From Phoronis australis (Eukaryota; Animalia; Phoronida), in NCBI GenBank assembly GCA_002633005.1, contig NMRA01000265.1, positions 426,906 to 490,905 on the forward strand: a DNA stretch of 64,000 nucleotides, read 5' to 3'. The notes under the pieces were generated by a model. That model did not search any database and was not told the origin of the DNA. It saw only the letters and a program-made list of their open reading frames with translations. The translations under genes were made by a program, and so were the position numbers. Shown one piece after another: positions 12,156 through 24,700 of the stretch (within the stretch, counting starts at the first letter, position 1; every line of letters starts with the position of its first letter).

Positions 12156-14434
12156 AACAAGGGGAATACTATCATTTATCATAAGCGTTCGGTTCAAACC
12201 CGTGTGGCAGATTCTTTAACTTCAGGTCTACCAGGGTTTACCATAAATGTTTCCTTATCTTTATCCTCCAGATTCCCCCTAATATTTCCGTAACTTAAAT
12301 TTACACTTAAGGCTGTTTCAATATTTTCCTTATCGTATTTTAATAGATGTTTTGTATGCACTTGAAACAATACTATGTTACCCCTCCTTGCATTTGTTTT
12401 GCAAATTTCAAAACTTTAACTGAGTGCAAATAATACGCAATGCTCATCTGAAAGTGCGGGAAAGTCATCTTAAGTCCATATAAAATATCTGTTGTCCAAC
12501 GTTGCAGCCAGAGTAGAGTTTAAGTGTTAATGAAGGTCCCGGTTACCATTCCTCGATGGATGAAGTCCGTCGTCTCTGAAACCAAATAACATAAATATCC
12601 GGAAAAGTATAGAGATTAAGTCATATTAAAGTGGTCGCAGACAAGGAATAGTGTGCTGTAAATCTAAAATGGGGATGGTTTGACACTCAAAGATGTCCAA
12701 AAATCAACTGGTGCTGACCCATCACTACTGTACACCAATGTTTCAAGGAAGCGATAGATACTATGCAGACACGGTGCTGACCAAAACCCCTCAACACAGA
12801 AGGTGTGAGTGTATATGAAGGTTATATTTATTTGCACCTTGCACTAGTTTGAGTCCTTTGATGACTGTCTTGACTGAAGAGCTTAAAGCATTTACAAGAC
12901 ATCTGAAACCACACGTGACTTACATGGAGTGTCCCATGACTGAAAAAACATACCTTGACAAAAGTCTGCGCAGTCGCTGCCTGTCAAAACATGTGGTGTA
13001 GACAACGTAGAAACTCTTGTAGTCCATTATGGCCATCCTCCTCATCAGCGGCTCCAGAAACTCTTTATTGTATTTGCATGCCTTTTGAAATGTAAATAAA
13101 TATCACAGAATGTTTATGGGATAAGGATACAAGATCTAGCAAAATAACACCGTCAATTCACAAACTCACAAATTCATTCAATACCTCCAAAATAGATAAA
13201 ACCCATACGGCAATGACAGTTTTTAAAATTAGCATAATGCCCCTTATACCACAATATTAGCCTCGAATGGCTAATACAACCGTGTAATAACCCATTTGGT
13301 TATCTTGCTAGTGAGATAACATTTTGGCGGGAACCGAGGCTGGTTTCGAACCAGGGCCTCAAGAGTTTCGGGTTGCTGAGTTTACCACTACACTACTCAG
13401 CGGCTGACGTCATCGAACATGAAAATAGAATACTTAAATAAGCACGCGCAACAATAGCATGTTCAGCAAAGGGCATTGTATCGATATTTATACGCTGTGA
13501 AAATAAGATGCATACTTTCCATAAAAACGATATTTTAATTCAGTGAAATTTTTCTCTCGTGTTCTCTCACTTGTAAATCACCAATCTCCAATTTGAATGC
13601 GGGTATCGTGTCATCAGGATCCTTTGACTTGAGCATTATACTCAGTTACTAGTGGTAACCTACTTTAGTAGACGATATTTTCCCAGTCGAAGCTTAGCGT
13701 GATCAAATGTGTAGTAATCTGTAATAGTTGCTAAACCTTAATTTGTAGATTCACTTTATTTCTATTTTGTTTAAATTTTCAATTGGTTTTTAGTAAAAGC
13801 ATTATTTGACAAAAACAGCTCGGCTTTTCCTGAAAGGTCACGACCTTCGACCCCGGGTGTCCTGTCCCGTAGGGGCAGGGGTGTCACCAATTACAACAAT
13901 TCCAGAAGTGAATTATTTAGTGTAAGCTGTATGGTGAAAACTGAAAGAAAACAATGAAGAGTGTCAGTATGCTGTACCATTTACAAGGCATAAAACCGCG
14001 CGAAAGAGGAAGATAAAACAAACCCCGCACAAGACAGACTAAGTCCAAAGAAATACAGGGGAGATAATTTCTAAAGAGACCGAGCTACACCAAAGGAATA
14101 TCTAGAAATATCTGGAGAACAGGTATTGCAAATACTGTAAGAATAATTCTGCGAATTCCCGAATCTAAATAAACAGCAATGAAAGTTAAATACTCTGAAA
14201 CTAATAGTGAAATGCATCACAACGACGCGTCTCGCAAAATCGGTAACAAACAATGGCAGATCGAAAGGACTGCAAATAAACCTACAGTACGGAAATTACG
14301 AGAACACTAAGACAAATACCGACAAGAACGGAAGGGAATGTGACTAAATAACGAACTACATACAACTATCCTCTGTAACAAGGCCAAATTCTTAGAATAA
14401 CTACGTAAATAACTTCAATAACTGTGCCGAGCAT

Positions 14435-15809
14435 AGACCCTATTCACGCGGCGGCCATTAAGACCCAAAACGGGGCTCACTGCGATAAACAAAGCGAAAG
14501 TACACATTGCGTGAGTTAAATAGCCGGTCTTTCGAGTCCAACCTGGATATTAAATTTTAATGATGTGTCCACAATTAACCACAGAGACGTAGAAAATCAC
14601 ATTAGAGAACAAGAAAAGTTGTCTGATGAAAGGGTTCAATTTTTTTTCGGAAAACTAGGTTCGAAACATGAAAAGTAAATATGACCAAATTGCGGCGATA
14701 GTAGTGTTACGGATTAGGTATTATGCTGAATGCAGGGTTACGTTTTTTTCTTGTAAATTGTTGATCAAAATACTTTCTACGCGGACCAGGTCATCTGCTC
14801 GTATTGTTGACGAGTTGAAGACGTATTCGACAGTGGTGTCTGTCATGTGCAATTAGTCACATCTGGTTTAATTTGTTGATCAAATAACATCAAGTATAGC
14901 CTGATCCTATGCACTCACTGGGACTAACAGTTGATTTGTCATTGGTCTGAAAGAATAATTGATGTTATTAAATATATTTTTATTAAAATAAAAAACCAGG
15001 CTCGTAATTGAAAATAAAAATTATTTGACCATCAATGCTTTCTTGGTTGTAATAATTCTTACGNNNNNNNNNNNNNNNNNNNNNNNNNNNNNNNNNNNNN
15101 NNNNNNNNNNNNNNNNNNNNNNNNNNNNNNNNNNNNNNNNNNNNNNNNNNNNNNNNNNNNNNNNNNNNNNNNNNNNNNNNNNNNNNNNNNNNNNNNNNNN
15201 NNNNNNNNNNNNNNNNNNNNNNNNNNNNNNNNNNNNNNNNNNNNNNNNNNNNNNNNNNNNNNNNNNNNNNNNNNNNNNNNNNNNNNNNNNNNNNNNNNNN
15301 NNNNNNNNNNNNNNNNNNNNNNNNNNNNNNNNNNNNNNNNNNNNNNNNNNNNNNNNNNNNNNNNNNNNNNNNNNNNNNNNNNNNNNNNNNNNNNNNNNNN
15401 NNNNNNNNNNNNNNNNNNNNNNNNNNNNNNNNNNNNNNNGGGGGGGGGGGGGCATGCACAACCCCCTAAATCCGTAGTCATGAAAACACAGCCTGGCTGG
15501 TCCATTCTCCGGTCATTATTACTATGATATGCTTAACAGCTGACCGACATGCGACAAAATATGATCTAACTTTTCGAAAACATTTATAAATTTTACACGG
15601 ACATATTTTGCTTCGTCGCGGCAACGACCCAACGCTTCCGATTCTCAACGTCTTTAGAAATTGTGATGCAGACAGTTGCGTGTCCGTATTTTTTCTAGCC
15701 GTTCGCGGAACAACACGGTCAGAAACACAGAACTATGCCGATAAGCTAACAGAGCTATCGTAGCGAGCCTCGTTTTGGAATGCGCCTCCTGTCGGCGTGA
15801 ATAGGGTCT
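14435..15809 (-). mobile_element. ISL2EU-like (PIF/Harbinger-related) non-autonomous element with THAP remnant
   Basis: Perfect TIR agaccctattcacgc / gcgtgaatagggtct with AT on both flanks. Minus-strand THAP remnant at ~15480-15740 (KDVENRKRWVVA). Homologous inverted copy at ~52940-56600. Spans the N gap. Confidence 0.7.
15064..15439. other. Assembly gap
   Basis: Run of N. Confidence 1.
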
Positions 15810-17875
15810 ATGCGGCGTCCATAATGGCAATCTAAAAGGCGACATCTAACGACATACTTGAAAACTAGTCCAAGAAGGGAGAGAGAGGCAGAATGAGCCT
15901 ACGTGACACGACAGCGGGCCTCTGACATAGAAAGTTAGTTACAAAGCCGAGGCGAGTCGAGAAATGTCGATTCATTGCAATGTTTCTCGTTTAGTATGTG
16001 GTATAAATGGATTATTACATGTTCTCAGTCGTTATCCCCCTTATTCAGAGCCCTCGTGGATTTTGTAGAATTATCACCCTCGGGGCTAACACCCCTCGGG
16101 CGATAATTCTCCAACATCCACTCGGGCTCTAGATAAGGGGGGACAACGACTTCGCCATGTAATAATCTGTAATTATTAAGTAGTGTCCATTGCTGAATAT
16201 TTTCCTTGAAGGAAACACAGACAATAAGAAAAGTTAAACACCACAAATGTGGTGAAGCGCAAGTGCTTGAGCATGCTGTAAAAGAAGCATAAAATGAAAA
16301 TCATTGTAGTGGCTTCAGCGAGGAATATGAGAAATGAACGTAGCATTGGGCTACTGCACGTTATGGGTACAAGAGGAACCCACACCCGATGAAGAAGTTA
16401 ATCAAAAGAAAGAGGTTTAGGCAAAGCCACGGCACACATTGAGGAAAACTATAGAGCTACCATTTCACAAACGAATTTACCTGACTGTCACCTGTAAAAT
16501 GAATAACTAATTACATATTATTAATAGCTAAATGCTGTATTAGCCAAAGGTCCCAGGAGGGCAACCTCTTTATATGGAAAGTGCTAACAAATAGACTACT
16601 TTTAATTACAACATGATTGAAGAATTTGAAAGAGCAAATTAAATTGGATTAAATAGCGGATTTTTCTGATTCTAGCTCAAGTATGGTACTGAATGTTTAT
16701 ATTGTACTGAAATTTCCATTTTAGTATTGGGACATTTTATCGAAGTGAACACAAAAACAGTGAAGCAGGAGACAAAATGATGATATTTTGTGGAACACCA
16801 CTTGATAGATACACTCATCTACTTATTCATCCAGTTGTGGTAGAAGGGAAGACACAAATATTGGTCTATCAAACATTTCCCTGGTCTTGGCAATCCATGC
16901 TCCGTGATCCCATGCTGTCGCCATCGGGTGGTGTCTTTGGGCCACGTCATTTGTTCCCGCATGAAGCACTACCGCGTCATATCTTCCCGTGATGTCAGTC
17001 TCTGCAGCAATGAAAAGGTAATCCTTTTTAAGCAACTCAAGTGTCATGTGGTTTTTACTTCAATAATATTAATAAAATGGCAATAGCAATGATTAAAATA
17101 ATAACAGATATTATTAAAATAGAAATAGCACAAATAATATTTACACTTATACAATAGCCTGTAGCAAAGAAAAAATAATGAAACATTAAAATAATAAACT
17201 CAACAACAATGTTATTATTCACATACAACGACAAATTCAACAATAGTAATCACACACCGTGAACGGATTTTCAAACACTTCATAAATAAGGTGGTACTAA
17301 GGTGAGGTAATAAGTAAAGAAGAATTTTTATATATGACTTCATAAGCGTAAAAAGAACAAATTTAATTTTCTTCGGGAATTTTTTACACCGGCGTTTCTG
17401 ATTGGCTAGTCGAATTTTTAACAGGCAGCGCTTCACGCAAACAAACTGGCATGACTGGTGGACTGAAAAAAAGGTGGTCTGTTTTACAGACAAATCGGTG
17501 CTTAAAATTTATGTTCAGGAAATGTAAATCCCGGAAATTGTGATTACGCCTTTTTGGAGTGCAGCTTTCTACTATCGATGACTTTTGTTTACGGTACTGT
17601 CCTGTATTCATACAATATGAATAACACACCGGTTAAATGGGCTAGATATGTGTCTATTGGACATGTATGTACCTCAAGAAGGCGGAAAAATAGTTGCTAC
17701 GACGCCACTTGCATGACAAGGCTAAAAATCGTTCACAGTCCGCCATTTTTACGGTGTTGTAAAGCTAACCAATGACTGCTGAGGTTACACCAACCAATGC
17801 TAAAGCGCGTGCCTTTGCATGATACCTGCTTGCTGGCTAGGCACGTAGGGAACCAGCGAGGCTTTTGATCATTTC

Positions 17876-18028
17876 CAATGGCGGATTTGGATTGGGGCCA
17901 AGGAGGCCATGCCCCCCTAAAATTCGCCCATATTAAATTTGGTAATTCGGGGTGTAAATGTCTGACGGGCAAATTCCTGGCTAATACTCTGCCCCGCCCC
18001 CAAACTCAAAATCCTGGATCCGCCCCTG
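17876..18028. mobile_element. MITE, inverted copy of 899-1044
   Basis: caatggcggattt...aaaatcctggatccgcccctg. Confidence 0.75.
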
Positions 18029-18819
18029 CTCTAGCTGCAGCATAGAACAGACATTACTTAGTACGTTTTGTCTGAGTAGACTTGAGTACATGAGGCCGAC
18101 ATTAATACAGTGATTAACTCGAACCAGTGTTCAGTCTATCGTCGCACCGAAAGCTACTAAACACCGGTCAGCGATAACCTGTGTCCGCCAATCCCCGGAG
18201 TAAACCGCGTGTTCATTATAAAATTTGCAAACTAAGCATATGCGTACCGACTAAGTACGTTTTATGATTAAAACGGATACAAAGACGAATATAGACGGCA
18301 GACCCATATTAAAACCGCAATTTCTTGTTTTTTTCATGCTTTCATTCACATCATGACTACAGTGCAATAACTGTTAGTTTTCCATAAGCTCATTCATTCA
18401 CACATTCCGATCAGAATACCAGTTTCCTATCTTAAGAGTGCAGTGCACTTCAGACCAGACAAGCAGCCATAAATGGGTGATACACCCTACATGTATGTCA
18501 CGGATTTGGATCATACTATGCGTTGCAGCTTACTTTCTTATGTTATATTACTAAAATGTAGTTTAAACGATTCCTACTCTGATAAGTAGTTCAAAAGTGA
18601 GGCACATCAGTTTTCGCTCAAAATCAGTGTCAAATTTGAACATGAAATCTCACTTTTGTGGAATTGTAAAAATTATAGAACCTACTGGACAGTGAAATAG
18701 TTTGTGATTAACTCATCCACGGTCTCAGTAATAATAATAATAAATAGAAGTTGGAAATATTTACTGAAATTTCTGAGGATAACGGGGTCAAAGAAGGAAA
18801 AACACAGAAAACTGATGAC

Positions 18820-19220
18820 AATTCTTTACCCACCATTGTGAACAACAATTTGTGGGAATAGCATTTCAAGCATTTTCATGACGATCCTTGGAAAGAACGC
18901 AAACTGAAATGCGACTATTGTAATGTCAGTTGAATTGAATACAATCAACCTTGTGTAGTACAAGAGAACGTCTGTGTACATTTGTATTTATCTGACAACG
19001 ATTCTTTACCCTGCAAAGTTTTCATGCATTTTTTATGACGATTCTTGGAAAGTGTGTAATCTGAAACGCGACTGTTGTAATGTCGGTTGAATTAAATGGA
19101 ACCGAATTTGCATGTATGTATCTGATAACCATTCTTTACTCTGTGCATTGAGAACAACAATGTCGAGGAATAGTTTTCCATGCATTTTTTCATGACTATT
19201 CCTGAAAAGAACGCAAACTG
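18820..19220 (+). repeat. Degenerate tandem repeat (~2.5-3 units of 130-180 bp)
   Basis: Recurring attctttacc..., catgacgat.cttggaaag and ctgaaa.gcgact.ttgtaatgtc.gttgaatt. Confidence 0.7.
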
Positions 19221-20394
19221 ACACCCTTCAGCACTCAGTAACAGTAGCATAGAATATGCATTTGATAGATATTTTCAATCAACAGGAGATGTTTGTATGC
19301 ATTATAGATGACTTTTATTCGCCGTTATTATGGAAATAAGAAAGTACGTGATCTAGTTTTGAAATCAGGCACATTCTCGTGTCTCTCATTAATGTCGGGA
19401 AGGCAAAGAATTTTAGATCACGCATCCACGGGTATTTGTCCAGTTTATAAAACTTTTTCACGTCGGTGTTGCAGCCATCAACACAACACTTAATACTTCG
19501 TTAGCGTTGGAAGAACGAATAGAGTAATGCAACCGAGAAAAACTTGTTAAGAATAAGACAACAACAAATAACATGTGAAACTCCAGTGGCTCGAAAACGA
19601 GGCAGCAAATTTGCCTGACGAATATTTAAGGCATTGTGGGCAAATACGGCTAGATTCGAGTGTCGCTGTGTAATCCGGGACGCCTTATTGCCATAAACCG
19701 CAAGTAAATAGTGCTAACTGTATGTTTTTAATTCTACTAGTCATGTGTGCTTCGATCGTACAGTTAATAGCGGAAAGCGATCGAGAAACAATCCTAATAA
19801 ACTTCAGCACGTGCATTATACTCAAGTAAATAACCCAGGCATTAATCCTGAAGCTTACTGGAGTGATAGGCCTGCACTGACTTATTCAGTCCTGACAGTG
19901 GCGTTATTTTGAACTCGGGAGACGATTTGTGTGCGTTAAAATATTGCCCTTAGTTATCCGTAGGATTCACAAAGGAGTGTAGGTGATACTCAAGCATTAA
20001 ACTAAGGCCGTAAGTTATTTTTAGAAATGCCATTGCTTGAGAGAACGCTTGTTAGTTGTCCCGCCGGTTTTTGGATGTAGCGCAGCTTAGAAAACTCTTA
20101 AAAAGTTACTCAGCTACTTTGAAATTTGAGCACACGTCTTAGCCGAGTACAAAGATTTTATCGCTTACTTCTCTCCGAGTCAGTTCTAAATGTCGTCTTG
20201 TCTTTTACGCTGGCATTTTCCTCCGCGATAATTCTACGTTTCAAACATTCACTGACGACTTGCTATGCGAGGCTACCTAATTTTATAAGCACCTTCTTGT
20301 GATGGTCACGTGACACAACAACTCATTTCTCTGACTCCGGCAAGTGTGCAAAAAATCCCATTAATTGGTCCAGTTTCATAAAGTTTACGTAAGC

Positions 20395-20525
20395 AGTGGC
20401 GGATTAAGTGGGGGAGGGGGTAAGGGGGCCATGGCCCGGCTAAAATTCTCCCAGATTCCAATTGGCAGCTCGGGGGTGCAAATGTCTGCCCTGCCCCCCC
20501 GCTAACTCAAAATCTTGGATCCGCT
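20395..20525. mobile_element. MITE, third copy of the 899-1044 family (end decayed)
   Basis: cagtggcggattaag...ctcaaaatcttggatccgc. Confidence 0.7.
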
Positions 20526-20529
20526 CGAG

Positions 20530-21750
20530 TTCATAGTCCAATCTCGGGTGTGATTAAAAGAACGCGTAGATTAAGCACATTTCTACGCGCAAAAAAAGGT
20601 ACTCGTTTAAGAACCTTTGGCGCTTCATATCTTTGACGATCATCGTTCTGCTCTTATTCAATGCGTATATTTGCTTAATAAGCACGTAGTTTTACTTAGT
20701 CAACGCGTACTTTTAGTCAGTTCATATAGTCCAATCAGGCCCGTACTCTCAAATCTCAAATTGGCCATTTACGTGGTCAGTTGATAAGAATCTGCAACAT
20801 TCTTCAAAAGTTGCCTTGCACCCATATAGAAAGCATGGGGGATATTGGACAATATGATGTGATTAAAAGTAAACGCTAATTTAGTAAAACTACGCGTTGA
20901 TTAAGAACAGAAGGATGATTGTTTAAGAACTAAAAAACGTGTAGATGAAGCAAAGTAAGCGTAGACTAATATGCAGCGCCAAAGGGTTCTCAAAAGAGTA
21001 CCTTTTTGCGCGTAGAAATCTGCCTAATCTACATGTACTTTTGCTTAACCTACGTGTACTTCTGCTTAATCTACGTATACTTTTGTTATTCTACGCGTAT
21101 TTTTACTTCTTAAACGATCATCGTTCTGCTCTTAATCAATTAATTTGAGAGCACGGGGTGATTGGACTATATGAATAAATTAAAAGTACTCGCAGATTAA
21201 GCAAAAGTACATTTAGATTAGTCAGATTTCTACGCGCATAAAAGTACACGTTTAAGAACTCTTTGGTGCTTCATAGATTAAACAAAAGTACGCGTAGATT
21301 AAACAAAAGTACGCGTAGATTAAGCTCATTACTATGCGCAGAATGGTATTCGTTTAAGAACCCTTTTATGACGTGCCAAAGGAATCGTAAACGAGTACCA
21401 TTCTGCGCGTAGAAATGTGCTTAAGCAACGTGTTCTTGTGCTTAATCTTCGCGTCCAATTACGCCATGCTCTCAAATTAATTGATTAAGAGCAGAACGAT
21501 GATCGTTTAAGAACTACAAGTACGCGTAGATTAAGCAAAAGTACACATAGATTAAGCAAAAGTACACATAGATTAAGCAAAAGTACGCGTAGATTAAGCA
21601 AAAATACGAGTAGATTAAGCAAAAGTACGCGTAGATTAAGCACATTTCAACATGCAGGAAGGTAATCGTTAAAATACCTTTCATACAAAATGGCGCGTTG
21701 AATAAAAGCAGAACAATGATCGTTTAAAGTCCAAGAAGCACACGTTGTTA
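20530..21750. repeat. Complex inverted/tandem array of a 21-bp-unit repeat family
   Basis: Unit agattaagcaaaagtacgcgt occurs in both orientations with ttcatatagtccaatca / tgattggactatatgaa boundaries. Further pieces at ~24780-24890, ~59760-59815 and ~60083-60275. Confidence 0.85.
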
Positions 21751-24700
21751 ACTCTTATTACATGGTTAGAGGATGTTATAAGGATCCAAGAAGTATCCAC
21801 CCCATAAGTAATACACAATCCGTAATCGAATAAAGTTTAAATAAACGCGCCACTCACGATTCGGGCCCGAAGAACATACCCGGCGCCATTTTGAACTTAC
21901 AGCGAACCCGGAAGTACAATTCATTCAGGAGTCCAGGTGTGCGTTCCGTAACGCTATGACCCACGCTAGGACCTAGCTAAAATCTAACCAAAGTAACGTG
22001 ATCTCATTTGAAATACACAGCAATATATCACGTAATCTCGCGAAGTCTTGCTTTATAGCGAGGTCCTAGCGTTACTGAACGGGAGGCAGGCTTAGTATAC
22101 GCTGTGTGTGCGACTGGAGCAGTGTCTGTTACCAGCCTCCAAACTATGATACAATAATCGACAGCGGGCCCTAACGTTAATAAAATCGAAGTATGGACAA
22201 TTGTATCGAAATTGCTGACGACATGTGGCGAATAAATTTTGACAGAAATTATTTTGCCGGACTCGGGCCCGCAGCCGATCGGACCCGGTGCGGACCGAGA
22301 CCAGACACTGGCGAACGGTAAAGGCATGCGGTTGCAAGCTGTTTTGTCGAAGTAAAAGGTTCAAATCATAAATGCCTTATACATGTACATACAAAGATAG
22401 TTTCAGACACTTTCATAAAATTACGAGCTGGTTAGTCCTGTGTTACACTGCTGCGGCAGCCCTTAGGTTAGCTAGCCTGCCAGCAAGCAGTATAAAGGCT
22501 ATCGTCAAAATACCGTTTGTTAGTATACAGCTTTGCGCCAAGGCTACCCTTAGGGTTACCTCGTCCCTGGCAAAAATACTCGCTCCAACGACGTTTATTT
22601 AGAGGTTGGGGTCTCATGGTGAACTGTGCGAAGTGTTGGCTTTCAGGAGACATTTGCCCAGACTTTGCATAAGCGCACCAAGCCTAAAAACGGCGGGGGG
22701 GGGTCGAATTTTTAGAATGTGTACTTTTAGTGTAAGATTCAGTGGGTATGCTCAGCGCTATGACTTGCAGACGCCAAATGTTGGTTCTCCCTGCCCTCTA
22801 GTGGACTTTTGTCTCGTTTTCTACTTTTTCGAAGTTCTTGCTTCTCTGACTGAGGCAGACCTTATTCCATTTCTCGAAATAGGGGGCTCGTTCGAGCACA
22901 TAAGTATGACAAGTCCAATACAAAATGTTATAATCATGTTTTTATTTATTAAGCAATGAGTACAAATGAACCACATTGATAATAGCAATTTGAGTGGAGG
23001 TGGCAATCTCAATGACAGAATTGCAAGAACCCACGAAATGAAAAACTTCCAGTGAACTTGGTTTTCAACTGTATGATGTTTTTTAAATTTATGTATTAAT
23101 CTATTGAAATAATAGTAAACCCAAGGCATCAAGAAATGTTGCCTGAAGGTGCTAGTGAACATATCATTTATGGCAAGCTAATTATATCATGCTTTGGTCA
23201 CTCTGTCATTTAAATGAAAGAACAAATCAGAGGACGATTATGATTTAATCATTTAAGTATTCCACAGTTTAAATCAAAATCAAGTGCTTTCAGTCTGAAC
23301 TGTATATTTGGTTTCAGTTCCTTCACAGAGTCTTCATAAGCATTAATTTGTATTAATTGTATTTTTGTGTTAACGTGAATAAAGTGTATTACTACTTAAA
23401 GACTTTCAAGGTAGTTGACATATATATCATTCTATTGTACATCAGTCAAAACTGAAATAATCTCAGTATAGGAACGCTGTGTAAGCCAAAATGATTCAAC
23501 CTTTTACCATGATAATAAATAACCAAGAATGCACAGTACTTTACAACATTTAAGCATTACACAAATGTCCAATAGCACAAGTTTTCATGATATGAAAGTG
23601 GACATGCATGTAACTGTTACCATGGTGACCGAATAGTGTTTCCTTACACCAGAATTTGACAAGCATGATTTAAAAATATGAAGTTGCAAGGAACAAGAAT
23701 TGGAGGCTTGAAACTTCACAATCCAACATAGCCTATTTCTCTAATTAAGATTCTTCGTATTGTTGACTTGATAACCTGAATTAAGAAAGCAATAAGTTAC
23801 AAAACATGACTTCAAAGCAATTTAGACTTAAAATTTAGAAAAATATGATTCATTTTGTGACACCTAATCAAGCCTTGAACAGCAGTTGACAGTCAAACAA
23901 ACCTCATTTCAACATTATTTCAAGTATTTTTTAGCTTAGTGTAAGAACACTTGAATGGGAAATTCAGAGTAAAATAATTCGAATATACAGTATCTTACAC
24001 ATGTATTTTTTTCACAAAAACAAGAGTAACAACTAAATTGCGAGGCTGAAATTTGGTGCAAACTGTGGAATCGTGCAGAATAGTAAGTAAAGTTATGTCT
24101 CACTAAATTTCACCGTAAATTGTTGGCGAAAACAATTTACACAAAGTTTTAAACTCGTAACTTATCCCGCTGTCGTCCAAGATGGCCGACCCGATCCAAA
24201 CAAAGTGACCCACATTTCGCCACAAAAATTGCAATAACTTCGCACTGCTTGCCCCGATTTAGATTTTTTCGTATTTTACTGAGTAGGATGCATTATCTTT
24301 CCTATGATAGCAACGTACTTTTTCAGAACAAAAAAATCAAAACGAAAAAAAACTTTGGTTCGACCGCCCTACATAACAGGAACTAAACACCAATGCTATT
24401 ATAACATAATAAACATAAGTACGAGTAACATTCAAAAAAAATTTAGCGACCACTAACTACGAACTATAAATACACTATGTATACAAACGAATCACGAGAT
24501 ATTACTAATAAAACAAAATAACGAAGACTTCGAGCAAGCGATAGCACACTCAATTACAAGGAAAAATGACGGCGTTCAGGACAAGTTCCTGAACTAACGA
24601 GCCGGACATGTGGGTACGGAAATAACCGATGACAGCCGGTAATTTTCAGCTCACAGAGAAGGGTCAAATACAGGTAAAAAACGCTTGAGGCACGAAAGGG

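Larger units (their letters stand above)
13858..15913. mobile_element. Solo-LTR-like insertion (TG...CA), itself interrupted
   Basis: Termini tgtcctgtcccgtagg / cctacgtgacacgaca (14 of 16 inverted match). Flanks ccggg/gcggg fit a 5-bp TSD, and the empty site is seen in the 26.5-kb copy of the host repeat. Confidence 0.65.
13243..16180. mobile_element. ~880-bp dispersed repeat (copy 1), split by a 2-kb insertion
   Basis: 13243-13857 plus 15914-16180 is collinear with the reverse complement of 26293-27043. It carries a tRNA-like A/B-box cassette and a terminal ~170-bp hairpin. Confidence 0.85.
12527..17664 (-). pseudogene. Intron-containing SGNH/GDSL-hydrolase-like gene, degraded
   Basis: Minus-strand exons in catalytic-block order. 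ATG at 17664 leads to IV*IQDSTV (block I-like). ~17462-17390 gives PVCLREA. 17001-16827 gives YDAVVLHAGTNDV...IFVSSLLPQLD (block III). ~13090-12954 gives KACKYNKEFL...LLS. 12575-12527 gives RDDGLHPS (block V). The last intron is GT-AG and in frame; other junctions are damaged. Confidence 0.65.

Noticed and set aside
14983-15505. Long ORFs across the N run
   Set aside because: Artefacts of the assembly gap.
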